64,000 nucleotides of DNA from Blasia pusilla. Lineage: Eukaryota. Positions 39,843 through 52,939 of the stretch are shown here, in pieces. The DNA lies in contig CM114271.1 of NCBI GenBank assembly GCA_050084515.1, forward strand, positions 36,146,001 through 36,210,000, in the 5' to 3' direction. Position numbers and translations under genes: made by a program. The number at the start of each line of letters is the position of its first letter. Position 1 is the stretch's first letter. A model generated the notes under the pieces. That model was not told the DNA's origin. It worked only from the letters and a program-made list of their open reading frames with translations, and did no database searches.

Positions 39843-40808
39843 TTACTGGTTATGCAACAATTCATGCAACGACTTGTAGTGACGTTTGTTGGGTGGCCTG
39901 TCTAAAACGTCACAATCGTCTACGTCGAAGCCAAAAACTCTGGCAGGATCTGGGTGTCGGATTTGATTGGCTCTGATCCTCCTCTTTCGCAGCGTGCTTG
40001 AGTCGTGACTAAGCTTGGTGAATTGTGTCCGCGTTGTACTTTGATCGCTCGTCCAAGCTAACCTTGGGGAAATTCCTTCAGGGAGATCAAGAGTAGTATG
40101 AATTTCCTCTACTAGTTCCGATAACTCTTGAAAATCAGGGGACACAATGTAAAATTTGGATAAATCTCTTGCCGACTCGTGAGAGTCGTTGGGTGGCTCT
40201 TGGCCACAGGAATCTACACTTCCGGAATAGCTACTTAGCTCCAGAAGGTGGCAAGCTGCAGAAACATCGGCCATATCAAAGCATTCTATCCCAGGCACAA
40301 TACCTGAGGGGCATGACAGAATGTTAGCAGGATTGGCTGTCGCTGGGGGACCGGAGTCGCGAAACTGTGGCAATCTCATACTTCCAACCCTTCCAGATTC
40401 TTCGAATTCATTGCCGGAATCATTCGTGAATGGGGCTAGTCTCTCATCCATTTTATCAACATCGGCCAATGTGTCCAGCCCCAAGCTCGCTACCCTGGTC
40501 CTATTCTCGCTCAGGTTGGAGCAGCACTCGTCCATGCTGTGAAGCTCCTCCTCGTTTGCTTTGGGAGGTTCAGCGTAACCGTCGCCCAACTCCCTCTGAC
40601 GAAAAGGAGGCCAGGGTTCGGCGCTGAAGGCATGCGCAACGGCAGCTGAAGAAGTCCACGGATTCGATGCCTCAGTCCCCTCAGTTTCGAGATGCACGTA
40701 AAGCTCTAAACCTGAAGAAGAATAGGCTGATTGCTTCGATTCAATGCCGAGAAGAATGCAGAGCTGTAGACAATTTGAAGAAGCGACCTTGGTGTTCAGT
40801 AACTCCAT
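39843..40808 (-). CDS. Probable host gene, uncharacterised 321-aa protein with basic C-terminus
   Basis: Longest stop-free non-TE ORF; CpG-retaining context; splice acceptor (TGTCTTTTAG) at 40839-40840 just upstream, consistent with a 5'UTR intron; RKRRIR and PPNKRH NLS-like patches. Confidence 0.6.
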   Translation of the reverse strand: MELLNTKVASSNCLQLCILLGIESKQSAYSSSGLELYVHLETEGTEASNPWTSSAAVAHAFSAEPWPPFRQRELGDGYAEPPKANEEELHSMDECCSNLSENRTRVASLGLDTLADVDKMDERLAPFTNDSGNEFEESGRVGSMRLPQFRDSGPPATANPANILSCPSGIVPGIECFDMADVSAACHLLELSSYSGSVDSCGQEPPNDSHESARDLSKFYIVSPDFQELSELVEEIHTTLDLPEGISPRLAWTSDQSTTRTQFTKLSHDSSTLRKRRIRANQIRHPDPARVFGFDVDDCDVLDRPPNKRHYKSLHELLHNQ

Positions 40809-42589
40809 TGCTTCTATGACATTGGGATACGCATGTACCTAAAAGACAATCCAGTTTGCAGCGTAGCTTAATTACAAAATTGTTCAAAATTGCACTGGAG
40901 CTTAACTGCAAATCGATTGAACATCGTCCCCAGTTTCAAATCAATAACAAAGAAACGCGTTAAATCGAATGTACATGTATACGATCATGGAGTAAGCGGA
41001 CATCTTGAATAATATCTAGACCAATAAAGAACGTAGAATTTACTCAATCATGCCATCAGCATGCCAATTGCGGTTTAATCATGGTCATTTCAATTCCTTC
41101 CTGACCGTGGGCTGGGTGTGTACACGTAGCTCGAACACTACCTATCCTCAACACAGCTGCCGAATTGTCATGCGCTCAGCCACTGGGTGTCCAATGGATC
41201 TTTCAAGAACCCTAGCAAGCAACTTCTTCCTCCTAGTAAATCTGTTAGGCTTACAGAGAATCCTGGTTGACAAGATTATGATTCACACACTCAGCGCCTG
41301 TAAGAAAAAGATTTGATTGAGATCAATCACAAAGTATCTCCTGAACAAATCCCGCAATAGCTAAGTGCATCCTGTCGGACCAGGTATCTTCAATTGGAAA
41401 GGCCTGCCTTCCAGCATAGTCCAGGCGCCTAGTCATGTTCTCCCTCTCGTTCCAAATTCTCGTACACCTGTAAACCTCCGACCTCGCCTCCCAAACCTTT
41501 CCCTCACGACCCCGAACCCCGTCTGGCTCTCTCTCACCTTTACTGCAGCGGGAAACGACGAGCATTGCTGAGGTGCGGCTGGCTCAATTGATTTTCTCCA
41601 CCGGAAGTGTGCCCTCGACGCAGAAGCAGAAACTACACCCGAACTTGATCACAAAACCAAAGGTGCACGCTCTTAATACGTCCGCGACGTCGCCGAGACA
41701 ATCGATTTACCAGTGTACCTAAGAAACGCTTCCTGCGTTGCAAAGATTCTATGCCGAAGGCTTTGTGGAGAACTTCGAAGTGAAGATTTATGTTCAAGAT
41801 ACGCACAAACCCATGCTGCCAGAAGAGGCAACTAACGCGACCACCAAACCGCTACCCAAACCGGCTGTCGCGTACTTAAATCAAACACTTTGGCTACGCC
41901 CAGCGCAACTCGCCCGTCGAACGCCTCGATTGGACGGACAAGAATCTGTTCCGAGAAAGAGCCCACAAAAACCAAACGCGAGAATGTTCTCCGAAAACCT
42001 TCGTCATGATCAAAACCGGCACTCATTTGGAAAGTCCGGTACCACTACCGCAACTCCAACCACGCACTTGTGCATCCCAAATACACGCTAGCAACCGGGT
42101 AGTAGCCTTCATAATAGAAAACCCCACTAAGCAGGACGCAAGCAGCACCTGAGTCTCTTACATCGTATACATATCTCCACAATAAGACAATTTTACTTGG
42201 AGTAGTGTCTCTCTCCTCAATATAGAAGCTACTCTCCCTAACAATAAGGAATATGATATCCCGCATAACAGTGTGAATTACTATCCCCTCCTCCCAAAAA
42301 GTTAAATGCACACGAAATGAATCCAAACTCCAATGACACTCGAACTAATCACCAATGGTTGGGGAAGGCCTAGTTGGAGCGTCGGGGCCCACAAAAGTAG
42401 GCTCAGTGTGGGCCTTGAGCGCGCCGTCCATGGGCCTTGCGGGACTACTGCAAGCCTTGCACAAGCTGGTGCATGCCTCTATGGGCTCGATAAGGGCCTT
42501 AGAATGGGTAGCAAGAACAGGCAACGAGTCGTTGGATTGGGTGCGGGCTATTTGAGCTATAGTCTACGTTATGAGCTTGGATGAGGACC

Positions 42590-43700
42590 GTAGGAACTTG
42601 GACCCGTATAGACATGTTCCTCCCTAGGACAAACATGTGTGTCCTTAAGACAGACATAAGTCCACGGACACGGCCTTTGTTTGTGTGGAACCTTGCCGAC
42701 AAGAGCCAATTGTGTAGAAAATTACTAAAGTCCAGGGACGACTTTATCTCCAAGCCCAACAATATGAGTATCGTCTACCAACGATGGAAAGATGCAACCC
42801 AAAAAAGGCTCCACCATAGAAAGAACTGCTTGGTAGTGAGCCAAAGAAAACAATGTGCCACCTAGAGGCCGGATCACCTTCACGAGTCCCAATTGTAGAC
42901 TCCAAAATGGTAACCTCCTCCTTGGACCAACCATGATGGAAATAGAGGGTTGAAGGGGCCTCATAGAAAGCCTGCACGAAGGAAATATGGCCATTTGCAT
43001 CTCTCAACGTACTCTATGAAGATAGCTTCCCGTCACACTAAGTTTAAGGTGTTCGCCACATCCACTTGGAGGACCACCCACTCAATATGTACATCAAGGC
43101 AAGCCCTCAAATATAAGGCTACTGTCTCATAATTGGTTCGCCTGGCAATTCCAAACTGATGCAGACTCAAGTGTGATTGGAAAGCCTCACAGAATTGCAA
43201 AGCAATAATGCGGCTCACCATCCGCAAGAGCACCTCATCTATGGCAATGGAATGAATCCCTCCAGCCTCCTTTGACAATGCCAAAAATCGCCATGCCCCC
43301 AGTATCTGGGCCATTACGATTGGAAAGGAAGAGTGCTAATAGCAAGATGGAGCAACTCAAAATATCCTGTTGCGGAGTCCTTGAGAGAAAAGCAGTGATG
43401 AAGGTGTTCGTACATCATATCGGATAACCCTTCGATCGCAATCCTAGGAGAACATGTGAGTGCCCGTGCAAAGGGGACAGGTCAAGGCATATAGCCATGT
43501 CAAGATGGAATTCTTGTGCAAAATCTGGAATGTGAACCATTGGACGAGTATATAGCCTCAAGAGGGCATAGATGCTAACAACTGACAGAGGTGCCATGTC
43601 CATTGGGCTAAGCGCAAAAGCAACTCGTGAGTACTCATACGCTCGTCCAAGTGTCCTCCATCGTTTAAACTTGGCTACGACATGATCGTCCAATAAGAAA
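42590..43700 (-). mobile_element. Degenerate non-LTR retrotransposon reverse transcriptase, CRE-like
   Basis: LALSKEAGGIHSIAIDEVLLRMVSR, HQFGIA, VVLQVDVANTLN, GTREGDP(fs)LGGTLFSL, FPSLVDDTHIVG. Confidence 0.8.
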
Positions 43701-44954
43701 CCACTAGTATACTGCTCATGCTATGCACGAGTGAAAGGGCACATCACCTGTTACGCCTAAACCTGTTAAGTCACGTGTTAAACACTACACGTATAAGGAG
43801 GAGGCAAAAATTTATAAGGGTCAATCCGCTAGAAGGGATCCTCAAGCCCCATTACTGGATTGCATGTGCCACAAACTCGATTGCAAATATTTCCAATCAA
43901 CTCCTAGAAAATGCCTCACACGCATTGTGATACCCGTTGAAGCCGGAGTTCACCCCATTTTCTATACTCCCGAGCGGTTTCACAAGAAAAGAGAGTTTTT
44001 ACAAGTGCTTGCCCGGTTAGTTTTGTCTCCGCCCTTTGATGGGAACCTACGATGAAAGGGATTGTCCCCGAAAGCTCCACCCACAAGCGCACGCAAGAAA
44101 CTTCAGAAATCTAAGGTTCACGGCTAAGCCATATCGACAACATTCGGTATCAACACCAATTTCGGCATTCGTGGTGAATTAAAATATTTCTGGGTTTTCG
44201 ACTTTCTTGAAGTCATGCTTACAAGTAAAATAAGGACTTAAGTCCATTTAAATATGACCATATATTCAAGTTCTTTTGCAACCAATCAAGTCTCTTTTCG
44301 TTGCCGACAGCCTATATAGTATGATCTTGAAGTTAAAACGTTAAGAATAATGCTTACACTATTTATTTTGTTCGTTTCTTTTGACATCTCGGCAGAGCGA
44401 AGGCTAGCGTGTGATGTCGTTAAAGTTGTCGTACATCCGTCACAGCAATATTTGCAACATAAACTAATTTATTTCGTGAGTTCACAATAAAGGAGGTGGC
44501 GGACGACTGAATGCAGACTCTACCAAGGTTTGTGCGTTCGTCAGCCAAATCGGAGCTTAAGACCCAATTCCAAAGCATTCTCAAGTAAAGAAACAAATAA
44601 TCTTGGCCTCATGGACCCTCCACCCCAACCCCATTTCTCCCCAGCTGGCAAGAATTTGTAAAGTCCTGCTGCCGGTAGACCTACTACTGCCCGCTAAAGG
44701 AGTTGTTCGGGCTTTAGAATACATCCTACTGATATTTCTACGGCATTTGGAACTATTGTTCCACTGAAAGGTTATTGAATGGCGTTTAGAACTCTAGTTC
44801 CAAATCAACTCGGAAGTATTTGGTTTCTACCGGTCGAGATAGCCCTCAAGTTGATAGCGTAATGTGTTGGTTCAGCCCCGGAGAAGCTTCTACCAAGTGC
44901 CAAGAAAAAGCAATTGGAACTCTTGTTCCAAATGAGCTCGAAACTACATTTGTT

Positions 44955-46370
44955 GTCGACCCATAGGGATCTTAGGAGCAGGCCATTCAGAACTAAAGTT
45001 CCAACCAAGGATGGGGATTTCTCTTTACCGAACACCTTCTACGGCCGGAATTGGATCTTAGGATCCAATTGGACTCAGACTAAGTTTGGCTCCAAATGAC
45101 GTTCAGCAGTCGCGGCACTTTAGGACACAATCAAAATTAGGGTTCTGATTCTTCACTTGTTGCTCTGTTATTGAGATGTTAGGAGCAGGCCATTTGGACC
45201 CATTGTTCCAATTGAAAATTAGGGTTTAATATTACCAAACACCTTCTACGGTAGGAATTGGATCTTCGATTCCAATTGGACAACCAAAAAATATGTTCCG
45301 ATTCTACATTTGTTTTTGACCTATTGGGATGTAAGGAGCACGCAATTCGGAACTACAGTTCCAATTGAGAATAAGGATTTCCCTTTACCGGAGGCCTTCT
45401 ACGGCCAAAATTAGATCTTAGGATCCAATTGGACTCAAACTAAGTTTGGCTCCAAATTACCTTCAACGGGCGCGGCAGTCAAGGACACAATCAGAACAAA
45501 GGTTTCGATTCTCCAATGCTCGTCGACCTATTGGGATGTAAGGAGCAGATCCTTGATTGGAACTATAGTTCCAATCAAGGATGGGGAATTTCCTTTACCG
45601 GATGTCTTCTGCGGCCGGAATTGGATCTTAGAATTGAATTAGACTTTGACTAAGTTTGGCTCCAAATGACCTTCTACAGGCGCGGCAGTTTGGGACACAA
45701 TCACAACTAAGGTTCCAATTCTCCAATGTTTTCCAACCTATTGGGAGGAAAGGAGCAAGCCATTCAGAACTACAGTTCCAATCAAGGACGGGGATTTCCC
45801 TTTACCGGACGCCTTGTGCGGATGGAATTGGATCTTAGGATCCAATTGGACTCCGACTAAGTTTGGCTCCAAATGACCTTCAACGGGCGCGGCAGTTTGG
45901 GACACAATCAGAACTAAGGTTCCGATACTATACTTGTTGCCGACCTATTGGGATGCAAGGAGCTGGCCATTCAGAACTAAAGTTCCAATCGAGGATGGGG
46001 ATTTTCCCTTACCGAACGCCTTGTACGGCCAGAATTGGATCTTAGGATCGAATTGGACTCCGGCTACGTTTGGCTCCAAATGACCTTCAGCGGGCGCAAC
46101 TGTCTAGGACACAATGTCCGCTGCCCTATTGGGAGGTAAGGAGCAGGCCATTCAGAACTACAGTTCCAATCAAGGGTGGGGATTTTCTTTTATCAGACAC
46201 CTTTTGCAGCCGAAATTGGATCTTAGGATCCAATTAGACTGAGTCCACGTTTGACTCCAAATGACTTTCAGCCGGCGGGACAGTTTGGGACACAATCGGA
46301 AATAAGGTTTTGATTCTACAATTTTTCTTGAAGAAGGGATCTCAGGAGTTGGCTTGTAGTTCCAATTGAT
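44955..46370. repeat. Tandem array, about 207-bp unit, about 7 copies
   Basis: AATTGGATCTT anchor (one copy AATTAGATCTT) at 45049, 45256, 45409, 45619, 45826, 46033 and 46214. Confidence 0.92.
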
Positions 46371-48239
46371 CTAGAGGATGGCAACGTTGAGGATGCAAGC
46401 TCTACAATAAGAAACTATACACACATGTCACGTAACAAGTCCATCGCACGATCATTAGATGATAGTAAATCTGCTCATTGAATGTATAAGATTTGGAACT
46501 CAAGTTCCAATTCGGGATGATTAAAAAATATCCCCGACAATCACATGGCTTCACAATCTTTAGCTTCCACTTTTTGCAACATCTTACAGTTCTCGCAATC
46601 TTAGCTTCCATTCTCTGAAATAGGTTATAATTCGTGCTATACATGACTACAAATATCTAGTACCACAGAGTTTTCAAGTGGTGACAATGCATTTCCAATC
46701 GGAGGAGATTCTTATCCGTTGCTATATTTGTGACATTGATTGCCTCAAACCTAGGCAACATACTTCCTTAATTGCCCCCTTTTGAAAAAAGCAGTCCCGC
46801 ACACACCAAAAAATTTTGGCCTTCTTGACGAAAGATTCAGATAAATATCAGGAATCTACTAGCCTCTCAAGCATTTCAAGTGCATCTTCCCTATTCATCG
46901 TGGTCCCTTCATATTGTGGTCTACCAGGTTTCTTCGGCAATATACTTCTTGCCGAGGCCGCAGGCTTTGTAGACACCGGAGATCAAGGTGGAACTTGAGA
47001 TGTATTTTTTTTCTGTGCATTTACACATTTGATTGTTAAATTGCGTCTAGAGTTATTAGAATCCAATATTTTGAGTGCAGTGGGTAAGTCATTCCTGAGG
47101 ATAGTGTTTACTACTTTTCTAAGTTACGAGTCACCAACCGCTCAACACTCAGACGTCGACCTAATACGCGTTCCATCGTATGACTCATGCATGAAACCAC
47201 AATATGAGGTCTTCTTTACTAAATTCAAAGTGTGGAGACCCTAAATACAATGAGAACTTTAGATGAGTTAATCACTACTTTAGTTGCTCACCTGATTCGG
47301 AGAAGCCGGTAACGTTGCACTGAGCTTTTCTGTACCCTCAAGTTCCTCAATCTCCTTTTCTCCCTATGGAGTCTGCTTTTCCACTCCCTCGCTCTCCTCT
47401 TCTCCCTATGTAGTGGCAAAATGTTTGACATAATGATAACTTAACTTCTACATTAGTGCAAGAGGAGGCTTCTACATAATATGAAAGATTAATTTGGTTG
47501 CTCACCTCAGAAGGAGATTTCGATGATGGTGGAGTCTGCCTTTCCATCTTGAGGAGTCCCTCTCTCTCCTCTTCTTCTTGTATAGTGGCAAAATGGTCCA
47601 TATAATGAGAACTTAAGTTCTACATCAGTGCAAGAAGAGGCTGGGGAACTGAAATCAGAAAAAAAGGAAAAATAATTTGGTTGCTCGCCGGAGTAGGAAA
47701 GCCCAATGACGTCTAAATCTGCTTCCTCGTCTCAGCAGTCCCTCCCTTTCATTTTCTCCCTGTGAACACTCAACGTGATGAGAGATTTTATGGCTCAAGA
47801 CGATGGAGTCACGGAGAGGGATGAGGGTGAGGGATTGGCTCCCCTAACTTTTGAAAGGGTGACATTGCCTGATGTGTTGAACCCTACAATTTTGACACGG
47901 GAGACTAGTGCTCTAGCTTCTGCTGGTTCGGTAAAATATTCCACCAGAACTATCCCCACACCGCTAGGAGAAAATATCGTAAGTTCAATTTAAGAAGCTC
48001 GTTATGAAAAAAAATTTATGCTTTTGAGTGGGACAATGCTTGTTACATATGGAATTCTAATCTAAGTATCCGTTTGCGAAGAAATCATCTTCGATTGGTG
48101 GAAAATCACTTGGAGTATTGGCACTCACTCCCGAGGATGAGGAACTGATGGAGAGCAAATCCAAGCAGACGCCATCATCGAAAATACTAACTGCGATGAG
48201 AAACTTACATGATCCTCTATGATTCTCCTAATGCATGCA

Positions 48240-51017
48240 TCATCTTGGACTCCGCTTCCATGTTCGGGTCCTTTGCGATTTTGGGCATCCGCCTATTTTT
48301 TTGCCTTCGAAAGGTGCCACCTTCCGGTGTGGTTCAAATTTCACTAGAGGGTTAGTCCTTAGAAGACTACGGTTTGCATCAATCTTGAAGAATTGATCGA
48401 ATTTTAGGGAGAAGTCTGACAATTTTGCCCCATCCACTTGCGGACAGAATGCTTGGAAATTGATGCCCAAAATTTGCAATGATACCAGCTTTAGGAGTTA
48501 GTACCTATCTTCAAATAAGAACTTAAGCTGAATGCATATAATCATGATCAGAACTTAGGTTCCGAAAGAGAAACTCACCACTAGAGCTGCCAGTATGCGG
48601 CAACCTGGATTTCCCAGAATGGCATTCTTCCGCGCTCTAACCTTTGACAAGCCGGAGAAAATCTCCACGAGGTCACCCATTTGAAACTCGTTCTCTCCGA
48701 GGATTGGTAGGAATCTATAATCCTCGTTGATCATATCTCTTGTGTCACTGAGGGAAGCAAGAAGAACTTTTCCGCCAAGTACTCTATTTACAACAGCAAG
48801 TTGTTCGTCCAGAGTGGACTCATCAAAACCATTGACAAATACCGCTATAACAACCATGAGACATCCTCCACTCTGAATCCTCTGTCTCTTTGGATCCGTC
48901 ATTGGAAATCTCACTATATAAGGAATGACTCTAAACCAAAGATTGGAGGCTCTATGGCAAGCAACTATAAGATTCCTGGGTATTTTGATCTCAATGAAGA
49001 ACACCAGTAATCTTTTGATTGCATTGAGACAAGACCCCTTGGCAAAATATTCTCCGAATTCTTCTACATTAAGCCGCTCATAATCATTTGAAGTGCTAAC
49101 CATATTTACAAATACTATGTCAAAAATTACACCCCACTTTTCATCTTCCATCGCCCAATTTACAACAGTCCGGAAAAATCCGGGTGAGGTTGTATGAAAA
49201 CTCCTAATGACTTCCTTGTGGGTAGATATAAGAAAGTCAGTCATTGGGGGTTTGGCCCTCCGCAATCGCTTTGAATCTTGCAATGTTCTAAAAAATTCAT
49301 CAAGAGGAACACCAAATTTGGCTTTGCGTGCCAAAGGAGAGATGCTTCTTCAAATACATCTTCTCCTCGAGCAGAATGTCGAGGAGAATCTATGCATCAT
49401 CGATGCAGAATTCCTTATCCAAAATGAGCTTCTCATAGCAATCTCGGCAACTTCTCCCAACAAAGATCTCCCTCTCCGGGAAAAAGAACTTGGCGCCTAC
49501 ATTCAATTGTTCGCGTTTCAATATGTCGTAGTAGGATTTCAAGTCCATCAAGTCTTCATTTCATATTTTTCGAGTAGATGTTGGCCGTAATTGCACCCTC
49601 AATTGGAGGAGTTCTTCTGCCACTCGCATCACAATCTCCTCGTCAATCCCTTGGAGCAGTCTCAAGTCGGTCTTCTTGAGCCTCCTCTTCTCAACGCTCA
49701 TTTTATGTCTCAGCTAGTACTCGGAGTACGCGAGACCATCTTGTGCCATGAGTTTATCTTCCTCATAGGCAACCATGATAGCATCCCACATATTCCATGT
49801 ATAGTCAATGTTCTATTAGAATTCAAGTTCTAATAAGAAATTAAAATTTTGATTCAAATGGTACTACATTAGCAATCCTCAATGTAAGGAAACCCACCAC
49901 TTCTTGGTCTTCTTGATTGCTGCCAACTCGATATTGCTCATGTGGGCCCAAAAAGTGACAATATGCATTCTTATTGGAGTCTCCACTTTGCTGGCATATG
50001 CGTCCACTTCATTGTGAAGTGAGGAGAGGCTGCAATACCAAAGACGGTTTTCGGAATAATCTTCTCCCCAAACTAATGTACACGGGAGACTTTGCAAAAA
50101 ATCGTCCACTGTCGCCTCATGAAGTTTAGAGAAGGCGACTGCTGTATGCTGACCAAAAATTACCCACCAGTAGTTTTTTTTACCATCACCTAAGTACCCA
50201 TCAATTATCTCCTCTTCTAAGGGGAAAACTAGTAAATGGTCCCCCCGATATTCATCAAATGCTCTTGCAATATCATATGTACAAGGAACAACAATAGATG
50301 TATTTATCTTTTTTGCTATGACATTCCTAGTCCCCGAGAGACTATGCATTAGGGCATTCATTCGCTCCTGATAGCTTTGATGTCAAGCGGGGCAAGTTTG
50401 AAATCATTAACATCTAATTGAAAGATTTACACAGTAAAGTTCGGAATATAAATATCCTTGAACTGCTCTCACAATCTCTCATGTTTCAGCCCCACACACT
50501 CGACTAGTTCCTGTTTCGCCCTTGCATCAAGCTCAGCGACTTCATTTTCCTGGACTATGATAATAGACCTAATCTCTTACGTAGAGTCTACAGCCTTTGC
50601 TAGACGAGCACTTGTCATCTCTTTCCCCAACCCAATGCGTGCTATCTTTTTCTCTTCTTGTACCATCAATGATAACGCAAACTCGAGGGTAGCAATCCGA
50701 GTAGCTACCCGAATCACCTCTCTCCAAAATATACCGATGTCTTGAATCTCTGATGAAGTAGGACCTCTTATCACTAGCTCTTATACATTGGAGGGAAGAG
50801 TTTGAACTCCCAAATTCAATGCGGCTTGGTAAACGACGGATTGAGTAACATCCACATGATAGTTCTCTTCATTGTCCGCATCTAAAAGGTGCAACACCAA
50901 GAACGTGTCACTAGCAACCATGCTACACCCAATCAAGCGCATTCCATCCAAAATTGCGCTCTCCTTCCCTGCAAGTTTGACATTCAGTCTTATTTTAGAC
51001 ACCCCTTGTGCAGCCAA
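48240..51017 (-). pseudogene. Spliced degenerate gene(s) of unknown function; possible ParB/Srx-like and amino-MTase-like regions
   Basis: ORFs 50781-51017, 50577-50774, 49879-50361, 48555-49334 and 48240-48479; a phase-0 90-bp intron at 48489-48578 (GTGAGT...TACTAAC...AG) joins the last two in frame; second probable intron at about 49830-49897. Confidence 0.55.
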
Positions 51018-52939
51018 AATTCAAAAGTTTATCCCATAAGCCCGAACCATCGGCTTTAAAAATTCAAATTGAAAGGCACTTTTTAGTCGCGGATCAAAGC
51101 ACCTAGAACCTTTTTCCGGGTAAGAATCTACTTCTTAACCATGATTGTAGACAAAAAAACTTTACCGCAATACGAGAATTCGTAAGCAATGCGTTAAACA
51201 CAGGAGAGAAAACCCATTTCTTAACACACAGTAGGCAAGAATCAAGCAATATAGTACTTGTCATAAATCTATTTAGTGCGAACACATATAGACATGAACT
51301 AATCTTGGTGAATTGGAAAGTGGAGATCTGCACAACCTCAAGACTTTTGGAACTCGGTCCTTTGGGCACTTGTTGCTCTGGTGTACGGTGGAATTCAATA
51401 AGCTAAATATTTTTGAAACCAAGGGGTCAACTCATACCACCAGATTCAATCCGAACTCCTGATTCAGAAATGTATCACCTTTTGTCCTTCTGTTTCTCTC
51501 GCGAATCTCAGAATTCATACTAAAACTTACAACGATGACGTTGCCAACAATCGAGTGAACCCAAAAAGGATGATGTCCACCTTGGTCAGAAACTCACTGT
51601 TCAAAAGAGGAGGAAATTTGACAGCAGCCTAATTGTATTACAAAATTCCTTACCCAAACATACATTCCAATCTACCCCTACGGTTCAATCAAACTTCCAT
51701 ATTAGGTACTACCATACATTCAACCGCCAAAACTATGTAGGCTCCCGTGGCTACAATAGAGTACATTTGTAGGGCAGTTGCAGAATTACTCCCTCAAAAC
51801 CTCTACCAATCAAAACACGAAGTAGTGAACGGTAGCAATTCTTTGATTGGTTCTTTGTCCGTTGCACAAAAAACTTAGCACAACACTGGAGGGACTACGT
51901 CTGAATCGCCATGACGTAAGAAGTTGTGATACCTTCTCAAGGGGTACCAAGTCTCAACGGTTTCCAAGCCTGAAGGGCTACTACGTGTGAAGCGTTTGCA
52001 AACTTGAAGGGCTACAAGGATGGAACACTACCACGTCCGAGAGGGTACTGCGTCTAGATCCTTACCACGTTGGAAAGGCTAATATGTCAAAAATGTTACC
52101 GCGTCTGAACAAACCATTCCAGCATCGAAGGGGTACTACATTCAAACCAATAGCAAGTTCGGCTTTTGATGGCTTGCAATAGGATCTCAAGTCCAGACTT
52201 GAATGAACATGGCTAATCATAATCTGTGTGGTTCCTAGATGTAGATCTTAACATACTAATTGTTACGTCCGTTATGCAAACGACACGAGCCAATCCCTTT
52301 AATAAAAGTATATACACTGTCACAAAGAAACCCAAGCATTAGAGGCCAAGTATTACGGCCTTTGACGTTCCTCCTTCTCCTTGTCCCTCCACTATTATCT
52401 ACTTTAGTAAGATGGGACTAGAGGAGAGAAGTTTACACTAGGAACACAGTAGATATATAGACCAATGACCTAACTCCTTGAAATGCACGGCTAGCCAGTT
52501 GTAAAACACATTCAAAACTAAAACGGAGTAAGGCGATTGTAGGCCTCAGCGCCGCAATTGCACTGTGACAACCTCACTCGAATCATCCAAAGTTCCCTAT
52601 CCTAATCTATAGTAATTTTTCCCAATAACATCGCCAGCCTCTACAGGGACTACATAAGAATAAGAACTTTGGATCCAGTTCCAGAAATGCAAACTCATTC
52701 CAACCCAATTAGCAATTGGAACTCTAGTTCCAAAAGAATAAGCTGGCTTTGGTCGGTCGGGAGTACCTAAAAATCAAAACTATAGTTCTAGTTAAACAAA
52801 CGATCCCTAAAACCTAAACACTAACATGCACAACACTTCTAGAAATGATAGAACAACCAAAATACCTTCACGAAGGGCACTCAAGTATCCAGCTCTGCAT
52901 GACATCTCCCGCCCCATAATAAAAGCCATACATTCAATT

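Noticed and set aside
44955-46370. Possible CRISPR array
   Set aside because: Whole units are homologous with no unique spacers; eukaryotic context; no cas genes.
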